Assembly (NCBI GenBank): GCA_965240325.2
Contig: OZ251225.1
Location: 2,046,001-2,110,000, forward strand
Source: Rebecca billardiae RCC1528
Lineage: Eukaryota > Protista > Haptophyta
Reading direction: 5' to 3'
DNA length: 64,000 nucleotides
Positions within the stretch are counted from its first letter, which is position 1, and each line of letters opens with the position of its first letter. The notes beneath the pieces were generated by a model. It saw nothing but the letters and a program-made list of their open reading frames with translations. It searched no databases and was not told the DNA's origin. Position numbers and translations under genes: made by a program. Below, in pieces: positions 1 to 10,535 of this stretch.

Positions 1-111
1 CTAGCACATCGTCGGTCCGCCAGCGGTCGGTCACTCTCAGGCCAGGGTCCGGCAGTTCAAATACGGCGAGCAAACTCAGTAGGGCGCCAGCCCAGGAGCA
101 GGTCGGTGCGC

Positions 112-1000
112 GCATGATGGTATGGTACTGCTGCACGCATGGTATGGTACTGCTGCGCGCATGGTATGGTAATGCAGCATGGCTGTATGGTATGAGTACT
201 GCTGCGCGCATGGTATGGTACTGCATGGTACTGTATACATATGGTATGGTACTGCTGCTGTGCGCATGGTATGGTACTGCATGGTATGGTACTGCATGAT
301 GGTACGTACTGTATGGTATGGCACTGCTGCGCGCATGGTACATATATGGTACTGCTGCGCGCATCAGCATGGTATGGTACTGCTTGGTAATGCATGGTAT
401 ATGGTACTGCTGTGCGCATGGTATGGTACTGCATCATGGTATGGTACTGCTGTGCGCATGGTATTGGTAATGCAGCATGGCTGTATGGTATGAGTACTGC
501 TGCGCGCATGGTATGGTACTGCACGGTATGGTATTGCATGATGGTACTGTATGGTATGGTTCTGCTGTGCGCATGGTACGTACGGTGACCTAATGGTGCT
601 GCAGTGCACATGGTATGGTACTGCACGGTACTGTATGGTATGGTAATGCTGTGCGCATGGTACGTATGGTGCTGCTGTGCGCATGGTATGGTACTGCATG
701 GTACTGTATGGTATGGTACTGCTGTGCGCATGGTATGGTACTGCATCATGGTATGGTACTGCTGTGCGCATGGTATGGTACTGCATGGTATGGTACTGCA
801 TGATGGTACTATGTTGGATGGCGTTAATCACACCTTAACCAAGTGTGCACGTTAAATCATAGTAAACTGTATCAGCATGGTATGGTACTGCTGCGCGCAT
901 GGTATGGTACTGCTGTGCGCATGGTATGGTGCTGCATGGTATGGTGTGGTACTGCATCGTATGGTACTGCGCGCATGCACATCGATCATGCGATGTACCG
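112..1000. repeat. Low-complexity satellite (ATGGT / ACTGC / GTGCGC units)
   Basis: Shuffled tandem units such as catggtatggtactgctgtgcg recur throughout. The overlapping ORFs in several frames are repeat artefacts. Confidence 0.9.
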
Positions 1001-1689
1001 AGCTGACAGCATGATGCGCATCATGCGACGATTGTCGTGTACCGAGCTGACAGCATGATGTGAGCTCATGGCAGTCAGCACCACCACCATCTGCTACTAC
1101 TGTCCTACCACTACAACGCCAGTCTACCGCCATCAAGCTGTTCCGACCACCACCACCTACTACTTCCACCGCCGCCACCACCGCCACCACCATCACCACC
1201 ACAACGCCTGAAGGAGGAAGCAGCCCGACACTAGGCTTGAAGGCCCGCCCGCACGCGTGCGGTGCGCGCGGCTGCGGTTGGCGCTTGGATCAGTCGGGCG
1301 GCAGGGGCGAGATTGACGTACGATGCAGCAGCTTCTGAAGCTGCTGCTTCCTCCTTCCGTCGAGCTGCTGTCTGAAGGAGGAAGCAGCACTGCGCGAAGC
1401 AGCCTCAGGCAGCAAACACTAATAAGCAGAAACGCGCGCGCGGGGCGAGGAGCGGCGGTCGCGGCGCGGGGGTCGGAAGGACAGCCGGGGCGGAATTCAC
1501 GTATGAGGGGCACTCGTCACTATGCCGCATGCGCATCGGCACTCACCACGCGCCGCCTCCACTGGGGTGTCCGCGGTCGCAGGAGCGTGCGCCTCGCGAA
1601 GCAGGCGCCGCGTCAAAACGCGGCGGCACAGGTCCGGCACGTGCCGGTTCCGGTCCGTTGGAGCAGGGTAGAGAGCAGTGTGCACGCTA

Positions 1690-2595
1690 TGATGCGAGTA
1701 ATAATGAGTTGCTCATCCGTGCACCACTCGGCAAATAATACAGGTGAAAGGAGGGTTGCACCAAAGTTGCACCACCACTGCTGCACCACTCCGAATAATA
1801 ATACATCAGACGATGAAAGGAGGGGTGGGTGCACTTGTTGGGTGCACGACCACTGCTGCACCACTCCGGATGATACACATGAAAGGAGGGGTGCACCAGC
1901 ACCGCACTCCGTGCACCACTCCAAATAATACAGATGAAAGGAGGGTTGATGCACCACCACTGCTGCACCACTCCGAATAATACATCAGACGATGAAAGGA
2001 GGGGTGCACTTGTTGCAAGGGCCGTACTTGTTGGGTGCACGACCACTGCTGCACCACTACAGATGAAAGGAGGGGTGCACCAGCACCACACTCCGTGCAC
2101 CACTCCAAATAATACAGGTGAAAGGAGGGTTGCACCAAAGTTGCACCACCACTGCTGCACCACTCCGAATAATACATCAGACGATGAAAGGAGGGGTGCA
2201 CTTGTTGGGTGCACGACCACTGCTGCACCACTACAGATGAAAGGAGGGGTGCACCAGCACCACACTCCGTGCACCACTCCAAATAATACAGATGAAAGGA
2301 GGGTTGATGCACCACCACTGCTGCACCACTCCGAATAATACATCAGACGATGAAAGGAGGGGTGCACTGTTGGGTGGCCACCACCACTGCTGCACCACTC
2401 CGGATGATACCATACAGATGAAAGGAGGGGTGCATGCACCACACTCCGTGCACCACTCCAAATAATAATACAGATGATGAAAGGAGGGTTGATGCACCAC
2501 CACTGCGTCTGCTGCACCACTCCGAATACAGATGAAAGGGTGCACCACCACCGTGCTGCAACACTCCGAATACAGATGAAAGGAGGGGTGCACGA
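1690..2595. repeat. Complex minisatellite (gatgaaaggaggggtgcac / tgcaccactccgaataataca modules)
   Basis: More than ten copies of gatgaaaggaggg and tgcaccactcc, with higher-order blocks of about 180 bp. Confidence 0.9.
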
Positions 2596-3050
2596 CTTAC
2601 TTACTGATGTACCGGTCCGTATTCATTACTTACAACAAAACTTGCGATGCGGTACCACCCGGTCGGTACCCTCACTTTGCACGGAAAACCGTTGGCACCA
2701 ATTGGGATCTGACTAAACTGTATTCCGTGGGATACTTATTGGAAGGCCATCAATCTTGTAGGAATCACCGGACTACGCGTGTCCTACCGGAAAACTCGCT
2801 CCGCTCGCATTGGTTGTTCTTACCGAACACCAATGCGAGCGGGGCTCGCGATTATTACAATAATAATAATAATAATTTTTTGCGCGTCGTAGTGCATCGT
2901 CATGTGCGCGCATATCATCATTTCCTTAGACGCAGCAGAACGTGATGATGGCAGCAGCAGAGCCGTGATGCCCATTGACCATCGCCGTGTTGACGATCAT
3001 CGGTCAGCAGGGGCCACCCGCTCCCGCATCGTGCTACGGTAAGCTAGTAG

Positions 3051-3974
3051 CTACTGCAGCAGCAGCACGGCTCCACCCGCCGGCGTGGGCGAGCATCTGG
3101 CGGCAGACGGCGAGGAGCAGGTCGGTCGCGACGTGCCGCTCGTGCACCTCGTCGAGCACCACCACCTCGTGTGCCGCCGCAGCGCCGGGTCCGCCACCGC
3201 CTCGCGCAGGAGGATCCCCTCAGTGACGAAGCACAGGGCGGCGCGCGGCCCGGCGGTCGAGTCGAAGCGGACGACGTGGCCGACGGAGCCGCGCGGCTCG
3301 CGGAGGGCCTCGGCGCCGACGCGCCGCGCCAGCGACATCGCCGCGAGCCGGCGCGGCTGCGTCACCACCACGTGGCGGTACCCCGCCCGCAGCAGCATCT
3401 GCGGCACCTGCGTCGATTTCCCAGAGCCAGTCTCCGCCTGCACGAGAACCATTTGGTGGTCGCGCACCGCGGAGAGGATGGCGGGCTCGGCGGCGGAGAC
3501 GGGCAGGGCGAGGCGCGAGGCGCGCAGCGCGCGCAGCGACTCCAGGCCCGCGCGCTGCGCAAAGTCCTCGTACAGCAGCGCCGTCTCGCGCGCGGCCGCG
3601 GCCGCCGCCTCGCTCAGACCGCGCGGCCGCCGCCCGCTCGGCTCGGGCGCGAGCGCAAAGTTGACGCGGTAGCGCGGCGCGTACGTCGCGGGAAGGCCGA
3701 GCGCGGCGACTCGCTCGGCGATGCTCGCGCTGGCGGGACCGGGGCCGGTGCCCGCGCGCGCCGGCGCGGCCGGCGCCGGCGCGGCCGGACGCGCCGTCGG
3801 CCCCGGCCCCGGCGCGGCCGTCGCTGCGGCTGCGCTGGCACGCTCACGAGCGGCGCGCACGCCCTCGAGCTTGGGCGCAAACTCGGCAAAGTCCTCCGCA
3901 CACTCGCGCGGAAAGAGCCCGCCGTCGCCGCACACGTACTCCACGGCTGCAGCCTCGTCGTCGCGCCCCGTCAT
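3051..3974 (-). pseudogene. DHX34: DHX34-like DEAH-box RNA helicase, N-terminal fragment, frameshifted and truncated
   Basis: Motif I (AETGSGKSTQVPQ), TQPRRLAA, VGHVVRFD and TEGILLR are present, as is the upstream LPATYAPRYRVN segment I recognise from DHX34. Motif II (VVVLDEVHER) is in another frame after an apparent 2-bp insertion near 3168. No RecA2 or HA2 domain is visible downstream. Confidence 0.75.
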
Positions 3975-4135
3975 CGCTCCATCACCGTCATTGTTGCGGG
4001 ACGGCAGCCATCCTGGCCGGCCGCCGGCGAGCTGACAAGTGCCGAGCTTGCCGCGCTGCGCAGTGCGAGACCCTGGACAACCTTGGCTCGGCGACGCACA
4101 ACGCCAGCCGGTGCGCTGCGCACAAGCTGGCCGGC

Positions 4136-5389
4136 ATGGTCGACGTGAGGAGCCGCAAGTGTGGTCACGCCGGCTGCACCACGCGGCCTACATTCGGCAT
4201 GCCGGGTGACACGCACGCCAGCCGGTGCGCTGCGCACAAGCTGGCCGGCATGGTCGACGTGAAGCACCCCAAGTGTGATCACGCCGGCTGCACCACGCGG
4301 CCTCACTTCGGCATGCCGGGTGACGCGCGCGCCAGCCGGTGCGCTACTCACAAGCTGGCCGGCATGGTCAACGTGAAGCACCCCACGTGTGATCACGCGG
4401 GCTGCACCACGCGGCCTTCGTTCGGCATGCCGGGCGACGCGCGCGCCAGCCGGTGCGCTACGCACAAGCTGGCCGGCATGGTCGACGTGAGAAACCTCAA
4501 GTGTGGTCACGCCGGCTGCACCACGCAGCCTCACTTCGGCATGCCGGGTGACGCGCGTGCCAGCCGGTGCGCTACTCACAAGCTGGCCGGCATGGTCGAC
4601 GTGAAGCATCCTACGTGTGATCACGCGGGCTGCACCAAGCAGCCTTCGTTCGGCGTGCCGGGCGCCGCACGCGCCAGCCGGTGCGCTACGCACAAGCTGG
4701 CCGGCATGGTCGACGTGACGAACCCCAAGTGTGGTCACACCGGCTGCACCAAGCAGCCTTCGTTCGGCATTCCGGGCGACGCGCGCGCCAGCCGGTGCGC
4801 TACGCACAAGCTGGCCGGCATGGTCGACGTGAGAAACCTCAAGTGTGATCACGCAGGCTGCACCAAGCAGCCAAAGTTCGGCATGCCGGGCGACACGCGC
4901 GCCAGCCGGTGCGCTACGCACAAGCTGGCCGGCATGGTGTTCAGTCGACTCGCCGTCCCCAAGCGCAGGCTGGAGCATGGCACCGGCGACCAGGGCACGC
5001 GCGCCGCGAAGCGACGGCACAAACACACCGGCAGCATTGCGGCTGTCTCGGACGCCGCGCCGCAGCTGCCCGCACCGCCGCCGCTCGTCGCAGTCACCAT
5101 CGTCCGCTGGCGCTTGCCAGATGGCACGATCCACTCGGTTGATGACGGGGTGGTCGATGATGGTGCCCTTGCCCTGGACGAGCGGCATCAGCGTGGCAAT
5201 GCAGGTGATGCCATCCGTGCTGCCCCTGGCAACTGCGACCAGGGACTACCAGCAAGCATCAACACTACCGCTGCGCCAGGACGACCATCATCATCGATGG
5301 CGGCGGGGGCAGCACGACGGCAGCAACCACAGGACATACCTGTGGTGATGGCCAGGAGGGTCCCGGCCCGCGACGCTGCAGGCCGATGA
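4136..5389 (+). CDS. EsV-1-7 cysteine-rich repeat protein (about 7 x 40-aa repeats)
   Basis: 120-bp tandem units encode C-x3-GC-x3-P-x-FG-x6-ASRC-x2-HK-x2-GMVDV, which matches the EsV-1-7 repeat signature. The 5' end is uncertain because a degenerate repeat lies upstream in another frame. Confidence 0.8.
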   Translation: MVDVRSRKCGHAGCTTRPTFGMPGDTHASRCAAHKLAGMVDVKHPKCDHAGCTTRPHFGMPGDARASRCATHKLAGMVNVKHPTCDHAGCTTRPSFGMPGDARASRCATHKLAGMVDVRNLKCGHAGCTTQPHFGMPGDARASRCATHKLAGMVDVKHPTCDHAGCTKQPSFGVPGAARASRCATHKLAGMVDVTNPKCGHTGCTKQPSFGIPGDARASRCATHKLAGMVDVRNLKCDHAGCTKQPKFGMPGDTRASRCATHKLAGMVFSRLAVPKRRLEHGTGDQGTRAAKRRHKHTGSIAAVSDAAPQLPAPPPLVAVTIVRWRLPDGTIHSVDDGVVDDGALALDERHQRGNAGDAIRAAPGNCDQGLPASINTTAAPGRPSSSMAAGAARRQQPQDIPVVMARRVPARDAAGR

Positions 5390-5639
5390 AGCCGTGAAGC
5401 GTGGCTCATCGTGATGATCTCCCGGCGGTCATCACTGCTTTCGTTCGAGCGAGCGCCGCCATCGGGCCGCCGATTTCGAGACGGCGCCGGCCACGGCCGA
5501 CGCCACCGGCAGTGGTTCTTCAGCACGCTCGACTTCACGCCCCTGCCCTGCTCATGTCGACAGGCGCCCCTCCACTCACGGCGGGCAAGGGCTCGCCCAC
5601 CAAGCTGCTCAAGACATTCCCACCGTGGCACCTACTCTG

Positions 5640-5830
5640 ACTGGGACCTGCCAGCCGCACGTCGGCACGCTCGGCAAGCAGCTGCCCTTCCCGGAGGCGT
5701 GCACGCTGGCGCAGAAGCACGGGTACGACGCGGTGCATCTCGACGTGGACTCCTGCTCGAGCCCTGGGCCTGGCCCGACGCGGTGGTCGCGCTGCTCGCG
5801 CAGCACGGCCTCCGGAGCTTCCAGGCCGGC
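5640..5830 (+). pseudogene. Possible sugar-phosphate isomerase/epimerase (TIM barrel) N-terminal remnant
   Basis: LPFPEACTLAQKHGYDAVHLD is followed in another frame by PDAVVALLAQHGL. The resemblance is by eye only. Confidence 0.2.
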
Positions 5831-6006
5831 CCGGGCGGATGGCGGGAAGGCTGCGGCCTGCCAGGACTAGTCGTGCCAGTGCTGGATCAGACTGGTGCGG
5901 TAACTACTACTGTACCGTAGCAGCACGAATGCGATTGATGCGGAATGGCCGGTCGTCTGGTCGTAGGCTACATCAACATAGTATAGCAGCAGTAGTAGTT
6001 AGTAAA

Positions 6007-6318
6007 TGTCAAAGGAATCGCCAATCTACAGTGATTTCCAATTTCCAATCCAACATTTTACTCGCAGTCACACAGTGGCGGCGCGACCGCTGCGGCGGCG
6101 CTCGCACAAAATCCTCCAAAATCGACCTGAACCTCATCCTAAAATACAGCAGGACAGCATGGCTGGCGGCGGCATCTCGAAGTATTCCAGATGATTCTGA
6201 ATGAACGCGGAAACATGAGCCGAGCACCACGAACACGTTGTGCTCTCCACCGCAAGGCAAGAGCCGAAGCCGTCGACCGACCTCGCGACCGTCAAGCCTC
6301 GAGACGCGTTCCCTGACA
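6007..6318 (+). repeat. 5' LTR of gag-only element
   Basis: Direct repeat of 9154-9465 with TG...CA ends. Confidence 0.95.
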
Positions 6319-8885
6319 TGCTAGCACGGTGCTGGGAGAACTTGGGCAAGGATGGAGACGACGAGAACAGCGGCAAGGACGTGAACGGCCATCAGCCCGC
6401 CCCAGTTGCTCCCCTCATTGGGTTGAAGCCAGGCGTGGCAGAGCGCGCGGCAATGCCGCGCGGCTCATCGGCGATCGCGCGCAAGCGCACGCCAGACTAC
6501 CTCGCCGCTGCCCTGAGGGGCATGCAGGCTGAGAAGAACCGGCAAGGCGAGAAGCTCACGCTTCTCCGCAAGCCCATCTCCAGCGCCTCCGGGCCTGGCA
6601 ACATCGCTGACCTGAACTCAGGCAGCATCGTGTCGTATGCGCGCAATGCTGCATCGCACGCAAGGCCTCGAGCCGACATCAAGGATCACCTTGAGGAGGA
6701 GGTTCGCGCACAGCGCGGTGAGGAGGAGCGTTGCCGCTCGCATCCCCCGCCATCGCGCCACTCCATCCGCACGCACGTCGTTGCGCAGGGGATCTCAACA
6801 ACTACCGCCCGGGACTCTGCGCCCGCGAGTGCGGTTCAAGAGCGCGCGGCTGAGAGCCCGCAGCTCAAGGAGTGCCTTGCGGCCTCCGAGTCATCGAACG
6901 AGGTCACCGAGCGTTCCGGGGCAGATGTAGCGCTCGACGCTGCTGCCGCTGATGCCGCTCCGACCGTCGAGGCCCTCGAGCCTGCCAACGCTGCTCGGCG
7001 TGCTGGCCTTCTGGCCGCCGCCAATGACAGCGCGGTCGTGACCGCAGTCAGTCTGCAGCCTCGCTCGCACGACTCTGTGTCTGAGTCTGACCGATCGAAC
7101 GATGACATTAGCACCGATGAGTGCGACTCAAACGACCTGTATGGTCTGGCAGAGCAAACTATGCTCCAAGATGCGACGACGCGTGACTCTGTCACAGCGA
7201 GCTCAAGCATTAAGTCAGCGGCCGCATTTATTGTTGATGCGCCTGACCCAAACAAATACGTTTACCCCAAAACTACAAGCCTCACGATGGCTTCCGAAGC
7301 CGAGCTGCTCGCCACGAGCGACACAAGCAGCCGCGAGATGACCGCCGCAGAGACGGCAGAGTCCTCGTCTGGCACGTATCGACTCGCGTCGAACGTAGGA
7401 AGCGCATACGATGCAGGGGGGGCATCATACACCTGCTTGACGGCAAAGCCGCAGCAAAACCAAGTTGGCGAGCGCGACGCGCATGCGCATGCATCTGCTG
7501 CGTCAGCCATCACAACGCCACACTCTTGCAAGGAAGAGTATTCCGCCGAAGCTGCCGCGGATGCACATGCACCACCGCAGGACAGAACGAGCGTGAAGAA
7601 GCCCAAAGAAGGCACCACAGCCTCGACGAGGGTCACTCCTCGCTCGAAGGTAGAGCGCGAATCGCCACAGAGCGCGCGCGACACATCGACCAATGCACTT
7701 GAGTCGAAGAAACGTGACTGGATAGTCATCGAAGGAGGAGTCACAGACTCTAATCCAACCAAGAAGGAACGTGTGTTCATGGCACGCGAATCCTCGGCAG
7801 GAGTGGATACACCCGCCACACACAAGCTGACACAGTCAGCTCTGAAATCCAAGCGCGCGGTACACAGCGCGATACGGGATGCACTCGCAGAAGTGAGCAC
7901 CTACTACAAGGGCAAATCCTCAGATGTCACACCTGACATAATGGAGCCCAAGGATAGCAAGCTATCCGGCTTTCAACTCATTGCCAAAGACAAATGGGTG
8001 AAAGACGCAGCCAAAATCGATCCATACAAGGCTGACAACGCTGACGCCAACAAGATCGGATCGGTCTACGATCGATCTGCGGCAGCGATATTCAAGCAGC
8101 TGAAGGACTCTATTGAGCCTCAGTTATTCGCCTATCTGGAATCGAAGCTGCACATCAGCGATCCGACCAAGAACTACTTGGATCTGGCGCTGCTGCTACA
8201 GATATTTGAGCGCGAGCTCAAGATCACAACTATGTCCGAACTCAGGGATGAATTCCTGAAGTTATACCCGACAAAGGTGTCGCCCATTGGCGCATCGGAC
8301 ATTATCAAGAAATCCGTCGAGCAAGTCCGCTCATCTCGATATGGGAATCTGGACGATGCTACGATGTTGGTCTTCAAGCTGTATAACAGCATGCACGACC
8401 ATCCCCAAGTCTACGAGTCAGTTATCTCGCACTTCGGAGCGCTCACGCCCGAGCAATGTGTGGATAACACTGACCAGATAATGGCCCAGATGGAAGATGC
8501 CTACAAACGGCACGGCTCAATGAAGCTACTCCATCAGAACAATACCAAGGGGAGAGAGACCGAAAACTATTCCAAGATACGCCAAAATGCTGATTATCAG
8601 CAAGGCACGCGGCGACGCGGTGACTTTGAGGGCGCCGAAGTCTTCGCCGCTCAGGCCCAAAAGGCTCCAGCCAATGGCGAGAGCGGGCCGAATAACTCGG
8701 ACACCGGCAAACGGTGCACTCACTGTGGTCTCAAGAACCATACTGCCCAGCAGTGTTGGAGGCTCCACCCAGAGCTACGCCCCAAGGCCAACAATTACAA
8801 CAAAGGCAAAAACAAGGGAGCCAACAAGTTTCCCAAGGAGCGTATCCATTTCCTGGATATTCCTGCTCCGGATGCCTATGATTAA
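6318..8885 (+). CDS. gag: Copia-type Gag-like protein (about 855 aa) with long low-complexity N-terminus and CCHC zinc knuckle
   Basis: Uninterrupted ORF. CTHCGLKNHTAQQCWRLHPELRP is a Copia-style CX2CX4HX4C knuckle with the typical HPELRP tail. The first ATG straddles the LTR/internal junction. Confidence 0.8.
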   Translation: MLARCWENLGKDGDDENSGKDVNGHQPAPVAPLIGLKPGVAERAAMPRGSSAIARKRTPDYLAAALRGMQAEKNRQGEKLTLLRKPISSASGPGNIADLNSGSIVSYARNAASHARPRADIKDHLEEEVRAQRGEEERCRSHPPPSRHSIRTHVVAQGISTTTARDSAPASAVQERAAESPQLKECLAASESSNEVTERSGADVALDAAAADAAPTVEALEPANAARRAGLLAAANDSAVVTAVSLQPRSHDSVSESDRSNDDISTDECDSNDLYGLAEQTMLQDATTRDSVTASSSIKSAAAFIVDAPDPNKYVYPKTTSLTMASEAELLATSDTSSREMTAAETAESSSGTYRLASNVGSAYDAGGASYTCLTAKPQQNQVGERDAHAHASAASAITTPHSCKEEYSAEAAADAHAPPQDRTSVKKPKEGTTASTRVTPRSKVERESPQSARDTSTNALESKKRDWIVIEGGVTDSNPTKKERVFMARESSAGVDTPATHKLTQSALKSKRAVHSAIRDALAEVSTYYKGKSSDVTPDIMEPKDSKLSGFQLIAKDKWVKDAAKIDPYKADNADANKIGSVYDRSAAAIFKQLKDSIEPQLFAYLESKLHISDPTKNYLDLALLLQIFERELKITTMSELRDEFLKLYPTKVSPIGASDIIKKSVEQVRSSRYGNLDDATMLVFKLYNSMHDHPQVYESVISHFGALTPEQCVDNTDQIMAQMEDAYKRHGSMKLLHQNNTKGRETENYSKIRQNADYQQGTRRRGDFEGAEVFAAQAQKAPANGESGPNNSDTGKRCTHCGLKNHTAQQCWRLHPELRPKANNYNKGKNKGANKFPKERIHFLDIPAPDAYD

Positions 8886-9153
8886 CTATCAAGGCAGGGC
8901 ATAGCCCAATAACAAGGTCCAAGATCAAGGCCAAAGAGTGAACACATGGTGCAAATAAGCCCAGGACTGACTCGGGTTACCCAAAACCGTCACACGGAAG
9001 TCCCAGCACATGACCCGTATCCTGGCATTGGCAACCAGCATTACTGACTCCAATTCACTCATGCACACAGATGCACAAACAATACCAAGCCCAAAATCAC
9101 TCATAATCCAAGCTTAGTCCTCACAGACGAGCGCATATTGGATTGAGGGGGGG

Positions 9154-9465
9154 TGTCAAAGGAATCGCCAATCTACAGTGATTTCCAATTTCCAATCCAA
9201 CATTTTACTCGCAGTCACACAGTGGCGGCGCGACCGCTGCGGCGGCGCTCGCACAAAATCCTCCAAAATCGACCTGAACCTCATCCTAAAATACAGCAGG
9301 ACAGCATGGCTGGCGGCGGCATCTCGAAGTATTCCAGATGATTCTGAATGAACGCGGAAACATGAGCCGAGCACCACGAACACGTTGTGCTCTCCACCGC
9401 AAGGCAAGAGCCGAAGCCGTCGACCGACCTCGCGACCGTCAAGCCTCGAGACGCGTTCCCTGACA
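9154..9465 (+). repeat. 3' LTR of gag-only element
   Basis: Preceded by a polypurine tract and followed by the TSD GTAAA. Confidence 0.95.
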
Positions 9466-9828
9466 GTAAATGAGTATTGAACGTCGTCATGAGTGGCTCT
9501 GTGCCGCCACGCAGCCAGCACCGCACGCCGAGGTCGAACCGCGAACGCCGCGGGCAGCGGGGGCGGTCCGCACCAACCTCCATGACCGTGACCTCCATCC
9601 CCAGCCACAGTGGCTGTCGTCTGCTACTAGATGGGGGTACAGCATATTCATTTGAGGCCTGCCAACTACAGCGGATCCTGTTTGCGGAGCGCTCACCGTC
9701 GGAGTCGGAGAGGCATAAGAGTACGACCGCTGCCGCACTCCATCTCAGAGTGACTGTGCTCGGTCGGGTGCGCGAGTCCGAGTATCGTCCCACACGACAG
9801 TGTTTCAGCCGCCCTCGGCCGGAGGCCG

Positions 9829-10491
9829 TCACCTGCGCGTCCGTTTGCTCGCGCTCCCACCCTCCGCGGGCCGCGCGAACGCGTCGATCACCAACTCCTT
9901 CTCGAAGCTCGAGAACGTGTCCGCGCTCGCGCCGAGGGCGTCGACCAACAGGCCGATCCGGTCGGCGCCGACGTTGTCGTCCTTGCGGAGCTGGTCGAGC
10001 TCATCCGCCAGGCCGTCAGTCAGCGCAGACATGTACAGCTCGCGGAACGCGCGCGACTTGTCGTCCGCGCTCGGGTCGGTGCCCACGGCAGGCGCCGCGT
10101 CGTCCGCCTCGGCCTCGGCGTCGTGAAGGCGCGCCCAGGCTGTCGCGGTGATCTGTGAGATGCGGTGCCAGAGGCCGTGTTGCGCAGACTCGGCGTCGGC
10201 GCTCACAGCAACGAGCTCGCGCACCGTTGTCGACCGAAGCACCCGTGCGGCGTCGAGCCTTCCCGCAAGCCCACCGTCGGCCGGCCGCGTGCGGAGGGTC
10301 TCGAGCACGTCATCCATGCACCGCGCGCAGCGGACGCCGAGATCGGCGCGCGCCGCGGCGTGCTCGGCGGAGGGTGCGTGCCCGACTGATGGCAGCCTGG
10401 CCTTCGTCCCCTTCCGCAGCGCGCTTGCGAGCCGCCGCTCGCGCTTGCCAGCGTCGCGCCCTCTGGCCGTGCCCGTGTCTCGGCCCGGCAT
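9829..10491 (-). CDS. Ribosome-assembly protein 3 (RSA3) domain protein
   Basis: The C-terminal FRELYMSALTDGLADELDQLRKDDNVGADRIGLLVDALGASADTFS resembles the RSA3 consensus (F..Y....T..F..DLD.LRK..DF....L..AL..G...F). The N-terminus is basic and NLS-like. Confidence 0.65.
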   Translation of the reverse strand: MPGRDTGTARGRDAGKRERRLASALRKGTKARLPSVGHAPSAEHAAARADLGVRCARCMDDVLETLRTRPADGGLAGRLDAARVLRSTTVRELVAVSADAESAQHGLWHRISQITATAWARLHDAEAEADDAAPAVGTDPSADDKSRAFRELYMSALTDGLADELDQLRKDDNVGADRIGLLVDALGASADTFSSFEKELVIDAFARPAEGGSASKRTRR

Positions 10492-10535
10492 CGTGGTTGG
10501 ACTCGTGGCAGCCTTGGGCTGTGGTCGGCGCCACG

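Larger units (their letters stand above)
6007..9465 (+). mobile_element. Gag-only (TR-GAG-like) non-autonomous LTR retrotransposon
   Basis: 312-bp LTRs at 6007-6318 and 9154-9465 (TGTCA...TGACA, no difference seen by eye). 5-bp TSD GTAAA at 6002-6006 and 9466-9470. PPT gaggggggg lies just before the 3' LTR. One ORF with a gag zinc knuckle; no PR, IN or RT motifs seen. Confidence 0.92.

Noticed and set aside
57-2716. Cys/His/Tyr-rich ORFs in the first 2.7 kb
   Set aside because: They are open in several frames on both strands because of satellite periodicity, with no codon bias or domain.
6190-6220. Hammerhead-like ctgaatga...gaaac in the gag-element LTR
   Set aside because: The core is not CUGANGA and the flanking helices are missing.
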